Below are positions 55,915 to 64,000 of a stretch of 64,000 nucleotides of DNA, one piece after another (positions within the stretch are counted from its first letter, which is position 1; the number at the start of each line of letters is the position of its first letter). Both the position numbers and the translations under genes were made by a program. The notes under the pieces are model-generated. The model was not told the DNA's origin and did no database searches. It was given only the letters and a program-made list of their open reading frames with translations. The stretch comes from an uncultured virus (IMG/VR IMGVR_UViG_3300001041_000010) (Duplodnaviria; Heunggongvirae; Uroviricota; Caudoviricetes), in the IMG/VR virus record IMGVR_UViG_3300001041_000010. One strand, written 5' to 3'.

Positions 55915-57840
55915 CTAGAGCTTTAGTAGAACTTTACTAGGTATCTCCCCGATAAATCGGCTTGGTGAATTGTTTTCAATCCCCTTAAATCCACGGCGAG
56001 CGTTAGCATATGTGATATAAAGTTCATCCTTAGCACGAGTCACCCCGACATAGCAAAGACGTCGTTCTTCCTCCAAGGCTTCCGGTGTATTGATTGAATT
56101 GGCATGTGGAAATAGGTTCTCTTCCATACCTACGAGAAAGACAATAGGGCTTTCCATTCCCTTGCTGGCATGAACACTCATCATCTTAATAGACTTCGGT
56201 TTGTTTTCGCTATCCTTCGTAGAAGCTAGGGCAATATTCTCTAAAAACTCTGTTAGGTCGGGAGCATCTGATAACAACTCATAGCTCTTAGCAATACTGA
56301 TTAACTCATCTAGATTAGCCTTACGGTCTAATGACTCTGGTGTATTTTCATTAACCAAATTATCATAGTAACTCGTATTTTTCCAGATGAGATCCAGCAT
56401 ATCTGTTACGGGTGTGTTGCTATAGCTACTCCCTACAGAATAAGCACTGCTTAATTTACTGAGTGTACTCATTGCTGACTCTAACGAGGCTTGAGATTTA
56501 GATTGCTTACACGTAAAGGTATTAGCCGAGTCATAAGCGCTAAGATTAAAATTCTCTGCTTGAGATAGGATGTTCTTAATTGATGTAGATCCTAGGGCGT
56601 CAAGCGTATTGAGTATTCGCTCCATAGCTAGATCATCGTCATTGTTAGAAACGATTTTGAGCCAAGCTAAGATATCTTTGACTTCTTTACGCCCATAAAA
56701 ACTGAAGACACCCGTCATATCATAAGGAATTTGAAAGTTCATAAACTTATCTTCGAAGGCTCGTGATTGATAGTTCGTACGATACAAGACCATGATATCA
56801 TCATAGTTATAGCCGCCATGGCGTACTAAGTTTTGAATTTCATCCGCTACAAAACGTGCTTCGTCGTCGCCCGTAGGTGCCTCATAAAGCTTAATCTGAT
56901 TACCAACCTTACGCTTTGAAAAGATGGTCTTGTCTAATTGCTTAAGATTGTTTTTGATAATAGCATTACCGGCATAAACTACGGTTTGAGTTGATCGATA
57001 GTTTTGTTCAAGCTTAATGATTTTCGGGTTATACTCTTCAATAAAGTTGTGCAGATTTTGAATGTCTGCCCCTCTCCAGGAATAAATAGCCTGGGCATCA
57101 TCAGTTACAGCAAAGATGTTATTTGTATTGCCCGCTAATAACTTAACGAGTTGATACTGAGCATAGTTACTGTCCTGTGTTTCATCAAGGAGTATATACT
57201 TGAATTTATTTTGGTAGTATTCACGAGCTATACTAGATTGTTTAAGTAATTGACACGTCTTCATGATCAAGTCATCGAAATCTAGGCATTTAATCTTAGT
57301 AAGTCTTTTCTGATAGTCAAGATAACAATCGCCCACCAAAGCTCGGTCATAATCTTTACTCGTATTCAAATAATCACTAGGTGTTAGAAGTTTATTCTTC
57401 TGAGTGCTAATGCGACTAAGAATCCTGCCCTCATTAACATAATTATTGTTTGGAGCGACCTTCTTAAGAACTTCTTTGATGATCTTCTTTTGTTCATCGG
57501 CATCAATGATTGTAAACTTAGGACTAAGACCAATTTCATTTGCATACCTGCGTAATATCTTAACGCAAATACTATGATAGGTTCCCATCCATATATCCGA
57601 TGCTAAAACATCACCAATGTATCCCTTGATACGTTCTTTCATCTCAGTAGCTGCTTTGTTCGTAAAGGTTACAGTCAAAATGTTACGAGCCTTAATACCT
57701 TCTTCGATCATATAAGCGATGCGGCGGGTAAGAACTGCCGTTTTACCCGCGCCAGGCCCCGCAATAACAAGACAGGACTCATCAAATGTCTCGGTAATTG
57801 CTTCGAGTTGAGCATCATTAAGTCCATCAAGTAACATCAC
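55915..57840 (-). CDS. pcrA: UvrD/PcrA superfamily-1 helicase
   Basis: LN..Q, AGPGAGKT, TFTNKAA, LDE.QD, QAIYSWRGA, NYRST, H.SKG.E, EERRL.YV.VTRA. Confidence 0.92.
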   Translation of the reverse strand: MMLLDGLNDAQLEAITETFDESCLVIAGPGAGKTAVLTRRIAYMIEEGIKARNILTVTFTNKAATEMKERIKGYIGDVLASDIWMGTYHSICVKILRRYANEIGLSPKFTIIDADEQKKIIKEVLKKVAPNNNYVNEGRILSRISTQKNKLLTPSDYLNTSKDYDRALVGDCYLDYQKRLTKIKCLDFDDLIMKTCQLLKQSSIAREYYQNKFKYILLDETQDSNYAQYQLVKLLAGNTNNIFAVTDDAQAIYSWRGADIQNLHNFIEEYNPKIIKLEQNYRSTQTVVYAGNAIIKNNLKQLDKTIFSKRKVGNQIKLYEAPTGDDEARFVADEIQNLVRHGGYNYDDIMVLYRTNYQSRAFEDKFMNFQIPYDMTGVFSFYGRKEVKDILAWLKIVSNNDDDLAMERILNTLDALGSTSIKNILSQAENFNLSAYDSANTFTCKQSKSQASLESAMSTLSKLSSAYSVGSSYSNTPVTDMLDLIWKNTSYYDNLVNENTPESLDRKANLDELISIAKSYELLSDAPDLTEFLENIALASTKDSENKPKSIKMMSVHASKGMESPIVFLVGMEENLFPHANSINTPEALEEERRLCYVGVTRAKDELYITYANARRGFKGIENNSPSRFIGEIPSKVLLKL

Positions 57841-58174
57841 TGTTCTCCTTCTTGAGCCAGGTATTTATATCACCACCGCATTTAACACAGAGATTTAGCT
57901 TATTAGCACATGTCGTACAAATTTTAGGTGTATTTGTATTGTGATAGCCAAAGACATTATCACATACTCGACATGTATAATCCGTGAATGCTTGACCAGC
58001 AATCATACCACTACGTAAATAATGACATGTCCGGCAGAGTTGAACCTTATGACGTCTATGACTATCACGATCAGTGTTATAGTCTTGAAGCATCTTTAAA
58101 GTATGCTCTGCTAAGGACTTGCCGTAGTGAGTTGCCATATGAATATCTTGTTTAGTCCATGGCATAAATCTCAC
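57827..58174 (-). CDS. Cys-rich zinc-binding protein
   Basis: Four CxxC pairs; AGQAFT. Confidence 0.6.
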   Translation of the reverse strand: MRFMPWTKQDIHMATHYGKSLAEHTLKMLQDYNTDRDSHRRHKVQLCRTCHYLRSGMIAGQAFTDYTCRVCDNVFGYHNTNTPKICTTCANKLNLCVKCGGDINTWLKKENSDVT

Positions 58175-58177
58175 TCC

Positions 58178-58633
58178 TTAAAATGGTAGATATTCTCCAG
58201 GAACCTTATTAATTGGAATAGGTTCTTCACCTTTGACACTTACAAGAGGTTCGCCTAGATCAGTATATTCTCCTGTAAAGATAACATCTGTTGATGGACA
58301 TGTTGCTGCCATAAGTTCCTCGTCATTAATAAAGTCTTCACTGTCTTGTTGTTCAAGATACTCTTCATCATTTCCAGCTTCTCCCGGAAATCCACGAAGA
58401 ACTTCTTCTTCATTAGTTAACCAAGCTTGGAATTCATCATTATTTATTGGAGAAACTTCTTCGTCATTCACTTGAACAACATCAAGTAATGCTTCAATAG
58501 TGGCTAAGTTAGTTAATAACTTAGCCCTATAGATAGTATTATCCAAGTGAATACCCGAGTCGACTAGCTGTTTACTTGAATTTGTTAGTAAACGCAAGGT
58601 ATTTAACAAGCGTTGTTCGCTTAAAACAATCAT
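58178..58633 (-). CDS. Acidic hypothetical protein
   Basis: ATGA coupling to recA. Confidence 0.5.
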   Translation of the reverse strand: MIVLSEQRLLNTLRLLTNSSKQLVDSGIHLDNTIYRAKLLTNLATIEALLDVVQVNDEEVSPINNDEFQAWLTNEEEVLRGFPGEAGNDEEYLEQQDSEDFINDEELMAATCPSTDVIFTGEYTDLGEPLVSVKGEEPIPINKVPGEYLPF

Positions 58634-59853
58634 ACGGGTTCACCTTCCTCTTCATCGGAACCTACTGTAGTTTCATCAGCAATGACTTCGATAAAGACTT
58701 CAGCAAGTTCTGCATCTTCGGCAACGATTTGATCAACTTCTTCGACATCTAGGCCCATAGTCTTTACTTCTCCAGCAAGTAACCGAGCCATCATTAATGT
58801 ACGAATCTCCGTATAGAAATCAGGATTGTTCTGGAAGAACGCTAATAGTTTGGCAGCGCCATTCCATTTCATAAGAACACCATCTTGCTGAATGACGGAT
58901 TCATCCTTTTGAACAACCATAACACCATCACGGACGACACAATCTCCATCATCCTTTTCGTAAAAGATCCACGCTCCAGACTTACGAAGGATTCCCTGCT
59001 CACAGGCTGCGTTTGTGATCTCTCCGATTAAATCAATACCTTCGCCATACTTAACGATGTACTGGCATTTCTTATAAGGATTAGTATACGTACATCGGTT
59101 TTTACGAACACGACATTGAACTTTCATGGCTTCTTCTTCGTCATAACCATCCTTGGCCTCTAGTTTGATCTTATTAAAATCAACTCGCTGACTAGCAAAG
59201 AATCCAAGCGCCTTACCACCGGTAGTTACCGTGGGTTTATACTTATCCATGGTGGCGCGAAACTGATTGATAAAGATGCACGTTGTTTTAGTCTTGTTGG
59301 CGATCGCTACGATCTTACGCATTAACTTGCTCATCATACGTGCGGTCTCGGCCACACCTACCTCGGCCATTTGCGAGTTCATCTCTCGGATGGTTGATAG
59401 GCCTGCTACTGAGTTAACTACAACACCTCGAAGATCATTCGATCGAATTAAGGCCTCAAGAACATCTAATCCGTTTTCAGCACCCAAGTCATCCATGTCC
59501 CAATAGATAATACGGTTAAGATCAACCCCATGGACGTCTTTAGCATAGTCTGGATCATAACTGGCCTCTGTTTCAAACCAACCCCAGACTCCTTCTGGGT
59601 GTACTTTCTGATCATCAGAGATAATCTCTAGAGCCATGCTCGTCTTACCTGAACTTTGTTCTCCTGCAAACTCAATGACACGACCGACAGCACAACCGCC
59701 GCCCATCGCCATATTGAGTTCTAAGCTCGGTGTAGGAATGAATTCAATCTTTAGCTGTTCCATCATGTTAACCGCTCGATCAACAACAACCTTGCCAGCT
59801 TTCTTATTGATCCCGTCAATGATTTTATCAAGAACTCCTTTGGCTACTGCCAT
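58630..59853 (-). CDS. recA: RecA recombinase
   Basis: IPT.S..L..A.GGG..GR..E..G.QSSGKT, ARMMS..MRK, IFINQ.R, TTGGKAL.F.AS, KSGAW; probable start at 59853. Confidence 0.92.
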   Translation of the reverse strand: MAVAKGVLDKIIDGINKKAGKVVVDRAVNMMEQLKIEFIPTPSLELNMAMGGGCAVGRVIEFAGEQSSGKTSMALEIISDDQKVHPEGVWGWFETEASYDPDYAKDVHGVDLNRIIYWDMDDLGAENGLDVLEALIRSNDLRGVVVNSVAGLSTIREMNSQMAEVGVAETARMMSKLMRKIVAIANKTKTTCIFINQFRATMDKYKPTVTTGGKALGFFASQRVDFNKIKLEAKDGYDEEEAMKVQCRVRKNRCTYTNPYKKCQYIVKYGEGIDLIGEITNAACEQGILRKSGAWIFYEKDDGDCVVRDGVMVVQKDESVIQQDGVLMKWNGAAKLLAFFQNNPDFYTEIRTLMMARLLAGEVKTMGLDVEEVDQIVAEDAELAEVFIEVIADETTVGSDEEEGEPV

Positions 59854-59854
59854 G

Positions 59855-60151
59855 TTAATCCTCCTTCTTGTGTTCACAACACTTACATAGCTTGGGTGAA
59901 TGTATAATTAAAGGATCATTATCGCATTCAGAATCCCAAATACGTACGGTAAGTTTACCATCGTCATCAACATCAACTAGGACTACAGTATCATCATTCA
60001 ATGACACCCATATACCAAGATTTCCACCATCAGTAGTAGGCATTGCGGTTAATTCGCCAACAGAAGTTTGAACTTTAAGTCTTGGTGCATCAGAGTATTC
60101 CTTAATTTGATCTAGAATGCGCTTAGCCTCTTCGGGAGTTGGTCGATTCAA
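59855..60151 (-). CDS. Hypothetical protein
   Basis: TTG after aggagg. Confidence 0.5.
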   Translation of the reverse strand: MNRPTPEEAKRILDQIKEYSDAPRLKVQTSVGELTAMPTTDGGNLGIWVSLNDDTVVLVDVDDDGKLTVRIWDSECDNDPLIIHSPKLCKCCEHKKED

Positions 60152-60164
60152 CTTAATTACCTCC

Positions 60165-60347
60165 TTATTTTGCAGACTTATAGATATTCAATCCCATCTT
60201 GACTTCTTCACGGCCAGGGATTGCTATATTTCCTTCACTCGAAGCAATGATTATGCTTTTACCAGAGCTACTTAGCCCATAGGACTGAGCAAGATCTACT
60301 TCGATCAAGAGTTTGTCACCTTGAACTTCAACTTTGATGTTTTTCAA
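60165..60347 (-). CDS. Small conserved-looking beta protein
   Basis: L.IEVDL....G.SSSGKS..IAS..GN...GLN.Y. Confidence 0.6.
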   Translation of the reverse strand: MKNIKVEVQGDKLLIEVDLAQSYGLSSSGKSIIIASSEGNIAIPGREEVKMGLNIYKSAK

Positions 60348-60348
60348 A

Positions 60349-60663
60349 TCACTTATCTCCTTTCTTCTTTAACATACTACGCAAGGTAATTAAATTACTT
60401 AGAGGATAAGAAAGAGCCGGGTTTTTCCTACGCTCTGTTCGAATCATCATGATAGAATCATCGAGAAGCGTAGCGGGATTAGCATAACCTTTAAATTCTA
60501 ATCCTGCTTCACTGGCGTACCGCATTCCAAGATCATTAATGATCTTTAATGTATTATCCTTAGCGCTATCAATAGATTGACCTTCTTCGAGATGTGATTG
60601 ATAGATATACATCACCATGTTAATCAATCCTTCGATAGCGCCCTCTTTAGTTGCTTGATCCAT
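60349..60663 (-). CDS. Hypothetical protein
   Basis: TAATG-coupled to ssb. Confidence 0.55.
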   Translation of the reverse strand: MDQATKEGAIEGLINMVMYIYQSHLEEGQSIDSAKDNTLKIINDLGMRYASEAGLEFKGYANPATLLDDSIMMIRTERRKNPALSYPLSNLITLRSMLKKKGDK

Positions 60664-61139
60664 TAGAATGGCAGACTTCCGTCGTCGTCTAGATCTTCAC
60701 CATCGTCTTCTGCTTCGGCGGCAGCTTTAGCGGCAGCCTTAGCTTTCTTAGCTTTAGCTTTAGCCTTAGCATCATCGTCATCGGACTTAGAGGATTTACT
60801 ACCGGAATCGTCGCCATCATCTTTGCCACCGACAAAATTGGCTTTGATAATATTAAAGTTATGGTTATATGTGGTATCGCCGTCATCATCTTTACCTTCC
60901 CATGTCTCATAAGAGCAGGTTACGCCGATGTGTTTGCCGTCTTCGAAGTATTGTTCGATAAACTCAGCGGTCTTGCCGAAGGCTTTCATGAATAAGAAGT
61001 TGTTGATTTTGTTAGCTTCCTTATCTTTCTCACTGATATAGTCTTTACGAACGGAGAGTGTAAAGGTTAAATACTTCTTATCCCCCTTGCCATTCATTTT
61101 CAGCTTGCCAATACGTCCCTCAAAGATACAAATATTCAT
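60663..61139 (-). CDS. ssb: Single-stranded DNA-binding protein
   Basis: MN...F.GR, F.L.V, AFGKTAEFI..YF.DG, acidic tail ending LPF. Confidence 0.9.
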   Translation of the reverse strand: MNICIFEGRIGKLKMNGKGDKKYLTFTLSVRKDYISEKDKEANKINNFLFMKAFGKTAEFIEQYFEDGKHIGVTCSYETWEGKDDDGDTTYNHNFNIIKANFVGGKDDGDDSGSKSSKSDDDDAKAKAKAKKAKAAAKAAAEAEDDGEDLDDDGSLPF

Positions 61140-61175
61140 TACAAATCGCTCCTTCTCAACTTAATTTAATACTAA

Positions 61176-61205
61176 TAGTATTCCATTTTGTAATGTAAAT
61201 TATAC
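61176..61205 (-). promoter_or_regulatory. sigF/sigG-type promoter upstream of the ssb-recA-pcrA gene run
   Basis: GTATA-N15-TGGAATACTA. Confidence 0.5.
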
Positions 61206-61225
61206 ACTACAATTTATAGGAGGAT

Positions 61226-61257
61226 CCTCCTGCTCCCCAAAGGGGAGGAGCAGGAGG
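61226..61257. repeat. GC-rich hairpin, near-copy of 48347-48382
   Basis: cctcctgctcc...ggagcaggagg. Confidence 0.75.
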
Positions 61258-61268
61258 CCCGACTAAAC

Positions 61269-64000
61269 CTAACAACCAAAGATTGCCATTAACGGATCAT
61301 CAGAATCTAAGATCTCCTGGATCTTATCAACAACAGGCTTAGCGGTTTCCTCTGAAAGAATGGTCTTGATAAATTCTTTCGTAGCCATCACAGTAGCAAT
61401 CGCTTGCTCAGCATCACCATAGGGACTCGGCTTAACGACAGGACTCTCAGCGTATTCATCTACGGGTTTAAGTTTAACATTTGGATCAGTTTTCTTCTTG
61501 CGGGTGATAATTTTCTTAGCCGTTAAGTTATTCCACTTAGCAGACTTCTCCCCCGTAACAATTAAGGTATTGCCTTTAACAAACTTAGCTTTATGATCAA
61601 CGTGAACCTTGCCAAAGGCATTGAACCAGACATCAGAACCCTGAGTTTCAAGACAAACACGAGCGTATTCATTACCATTTTTCGTAGGACCTATCTTAAC
61701 ATCCTTAACGATGCCGCCTATTTCTACAAGCTCACCATCACCAACACTGGCCCAAGCAACGTAGGGTAAACCACCTAATGGGTGGCCTGAAACATAAAGT
61801 CCAATGTGCTCTTTCTCGTAAGCCAATTGAAGTTTCTCTGTAAAATCCTTTGGTTCTAATAATTCACACATAGGATTCTTAACACCCTTAGTTGTCCGGA
61901 TCTTAGGCTTACCATAAGCATCTAGTTCACCACGGAGATCACAGTAGTGATTCCAGACAATATGACGATTCGGTTCAAAGCAATCAAAGGCTCCAACCTT
62001 AATTAAATTCGTCATAACCTTCTTGTTCACCGTTTTCTTATTAACGCGACTAAAGAAGTCCGTGAAGTCCGTGTAAGGTCTCGTGTCTTTAATGACATTA
62101 ACAATGGCTTCTCCAACTCCACCAATTGTCACTAAGCCAAACCGAATGTTGGGCCCTTCGATAGTAAACCCTACGTCCGATAGATTAATATCCGGCGGAA
62201 GCATATCAATACCAATACGTCGACATTCCTGAACATTCGCAACGGTACTATCCTTATTACCAGCCTCCATAGAAAGCTGAGATGTCATAAATTCCGTAGC
62301 GTAATGAGTCTTTAACCATGCCGTCTGGTATGTAATTTCTGCATAACATCCAGCGTGTGGTCTGTTAAAACCATAACCGGCAAAGACCTTAATCTGATCG
62401 AATAAATGATTCAAGAACTCTTCAGTATAGTTTAAGCTTAATCCTCCGACTAGGTTCTTACTGGTATTGCCATGTAAGAATTCAGGTCGTAATGCTTCAA
62501 CTTCATCGACCTTTTTCTTACCCATGACTCGACGAATACTATCGGCACCACCTAATGTATAGCCTGCGAATTGTCGAACTGCTTGAATGATTTGCTCTTG
62601 ATAAATAAACACGCCGCTACCCTGCATTAAAATAGGTTCTAAGTCAGGATGTTCAAAGGTAAGCTTAGCACCATGTCGATTCTCAACATATTGTTCAACC
62701 ATGGTTAGTCCATTATCTAACTTAGCATCAATAGGCCCTGGCCTATATAGAGCTAATAAGTCAATGATAATATCAAAGGTATCAGGTTTAACATCCTTAA
62801 CAAGCCGTGTCATACCGCCGGATTCTAACTGAAAGATTGAGTGAGTATGACCATCTTGAAGAGTCTTATAAGTTGCTGGATCATCAAGTTCAATTTCATC
62901 AATGTCAATATCGACACCATGAATCGCTTTAATACTAATCAATGTTTTATCGATTGTTGTTAGTGTCTTAAGGCCTAACACATCAAGCTTTAGTGCGCCA
63001 ACATAATCCAGAGCGGACATATCCCATGCAGCAACCGGAAGAACTGCAGTGTCTGATGCGCTCATGAGTGGAATGTAATCCGTCACAGGGCCTGGCGTAA
63101 TCACAACTCCGGCAGCATGAATACCACGCTGTCGAATGACACCCTCTAAACGTTTCGCATCATGCATAACTTCGGGATAGTTATTAAGCTTAGTCACAAA
63201 GGCCTTGACATCTTTAACAAAGTTCTCACCATAACGTTCTTTAGACTTATCGGTTGTGTCATCTGCAATACCAAAGAGTTTATCTAATGTAACGTCTGAT
63301 TGGTCTGGCATCTTATCTGGTATAAGCTTTGCTAAAGCATCCGTGTCAGCGAAACCGTAATCACGAACTCGCATAACGTCACGAATGGCTGACTTCACAC
63401 CGATTCTACCGAAGGTTGCAATCTGAGCAACATGATCTCTGCCATATTTTTGCATGAGATAGTCAATCATTTCACCGCGGCGCTCATAATCCCAGTCCAT
63501 ATCAATGTCTGGCATGGATTCACGTTCTGGATTTAAGAACCGTTCAAACATAAAACCATGTCTAATGGGATCCATCTTGGTGATCTTCAAACAGTTCGAT
63601 AGTAAGCTACCTGCAGCCGATCCACGGCCTGGGCCATAGCGAATCTTACGTCGTGTTGCTTCGGCACACATGTCCTCTAAGATTAAAAAGTAACTTGCAT
63701 ACCCCTTAGGATTAATAACACCTAGTTCCATGTCAAGTCTCTTAATATAAGTCTCGGGACTATCATAGCATTTCTCACGTTCCATGATATCTATGAGTCC
63801 TTCATATGATTGACGCTTAAGCCATGTCTCAGGACTATAGCCCTCAGGCACCGGAAACTCTGGCATAAGTCGTTGACCTAACTTAGGTTTAAAATTACAC
63901 TTAGCAGTAATACGTACCGTATTGTCAATAGCATAACTATAATACGATTCATACGTAGAGTCCTGAGCCCACGCGTCCATCTCATCGCCATCGCAAAGGT
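61269..64000 (-). CDS. dnaE: DNA polymerase III alpha subunit (5' end beyond window)
   Basis: GPGRGSAAGSL, FERFLNPER..MPDID.D, KLD.LGL, LALYRPGP, YQEQI, Y.FN..HA; frame open to window edge. Confidence 0.95.
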   Translation of the reverse strand, partial: LCDGDEMDAWAQDSTYESYYSYAIDNTVRITAKCNFKPKLGQRLMPEFPVPEGYSPETWLKRQSYEGLIDIMEREKCYDSPETYIKRLDMELGVINPKGYASYFLILEDMCAEATRRKIRYGPGRGSAAGSLLSNCLKITKMDPIRHGFMFERFLNPERESMPDIDMDWDYERRGEMIDYLMQKYGRDHVAQIATFGRIGVKSAIRDVMRVRDYGFADTDALAKLIPDKMPDQSDVTLDKLFGIADDTTDKSKERYGENFVKDVKAFVTKLNNYPEVMHDAKRLEGVIRQRGIHAAGVVITPGPVTDYIPLMSASDTAVLPVAAWDMSALDYVGALKLDVLGLKTLTTIDKTLISIKAIHGVDIDIDEIELDDPATYKTLQDGHTHSIFQLESGGMTRLVKDVKPDTFDIIIDLLALYRPGPIDAKLDNGLTMVEQYVENRHGAKLTFEHPDLEPILMQGSGVFIYQEQIIQAVRQFAGYTLGGADSIRRVMGKKKVDEVEALRPEFLHGNTSKNLVGGLSLNYTEEFLNHLFDQIKVFAGYGFNRPHAGCYAEITYQTAWLKTHYATEFMTSQLSMEAGNKDSTVANVQECRRIGIDMLPPDINLSDVGFTIEGPNIRFGLVTIGGVGEAIVNVIKDTRPYTDFTDFFSRVNKKTVNKKVMTNLIKVGAFDCFEPNRHIVWNHYCDLRGELDAYGKPKIRTTKGVKNPMCELLEPKDFTEKLQLAYEKEHIGLYVSGHPLGGLPYVAWASVGDGELVEIGGIVKDVKIGPTKNGNEYARVCLETQGSDVWFNAFGKVHVDHKAKFVKGNTLIVTGEKSAKWNNLTAKKIITRKKKTDPNVKLKPVDEYAESPVVKPSPYGDAEQAIATVMATKEFIKTILSEETAKPVVDKIQEILDSDDPLMAIFGC

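Noticed and set aside
18179..60910. Shadow ORFs in the track (e.g. 18179, 18273, 19918, 20909, 21449, 23522, 39125, 45606, 49308, 51240, 55307, 59267, 60689)
   Set aside because: Nested in or antisense to better-supported genes, with no RBS and no recognisable motifs.
38621..64000. Inteins or introns in nrdJ, recA, dnaG, dnaE
   Set aside because: Catalytic motifs are contiguous and lengths normal; no splice-junction or homing-endonuclease motifs seen.
1..64000. Stop-codon reassignment
   Set aside because: TAA, TAG and TGA all end intact genes with tight packing under code 11.

Overview
A 64-kb slice of a large tailed phage (or phage-plasmid) of a spore-forming Firmicute. It shows GGAGG RBSs, sigA-like and sporulation-sigma-like promoters, the standard genetic code, and no rRNA, tRNA, CRISPR array, integrase, RT or intein that I could see. 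On the + strand, 1-17.9 kb is a virion-structural block: a 2129-aa protein with 19 Ig/FN3-like repeats, two partner proteins, four paralogous baseplate-like proteins and a holin. From 18 to 31.2 kb follow a Rad52-like SSAP, AEP primase, DnaB-like helicase, papain protease, Cas4-like nuclease, RuvC, a sigma factor and guanylate kinase. On the - strand, 35.6-64 kb carries DnaE, SSB, RecA, PcrA, dUTPase, a split Mre11/Rad50, DnaG, NrdJ, dCMP deaminase and PadR. Three candidate novel systems stand out. (1) A terminator-insulated sporulation island at 31.2-35.6 kb holds an unannotated alpha/beta SASP and a sigE-type operon (FtsK ATPase, Replic_Relax nuclease, SpoIIIAC-like hairpin, SpoIIIAC-like/M23 fusion); I hypothesise it moves phage DNA into the forespore and protects it there. 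(2) The giant Ig-repeat protein ends in half a domain, and either of two downstream proteins begins with the missing half; a perfect 38-bp palindrome sits at the split. (3) A sigE-type antisense mini-RNA has a loop complementary to the 5' UTR of a phage HTH regulator. All family calls come from motif recognition by eye, without database searches.
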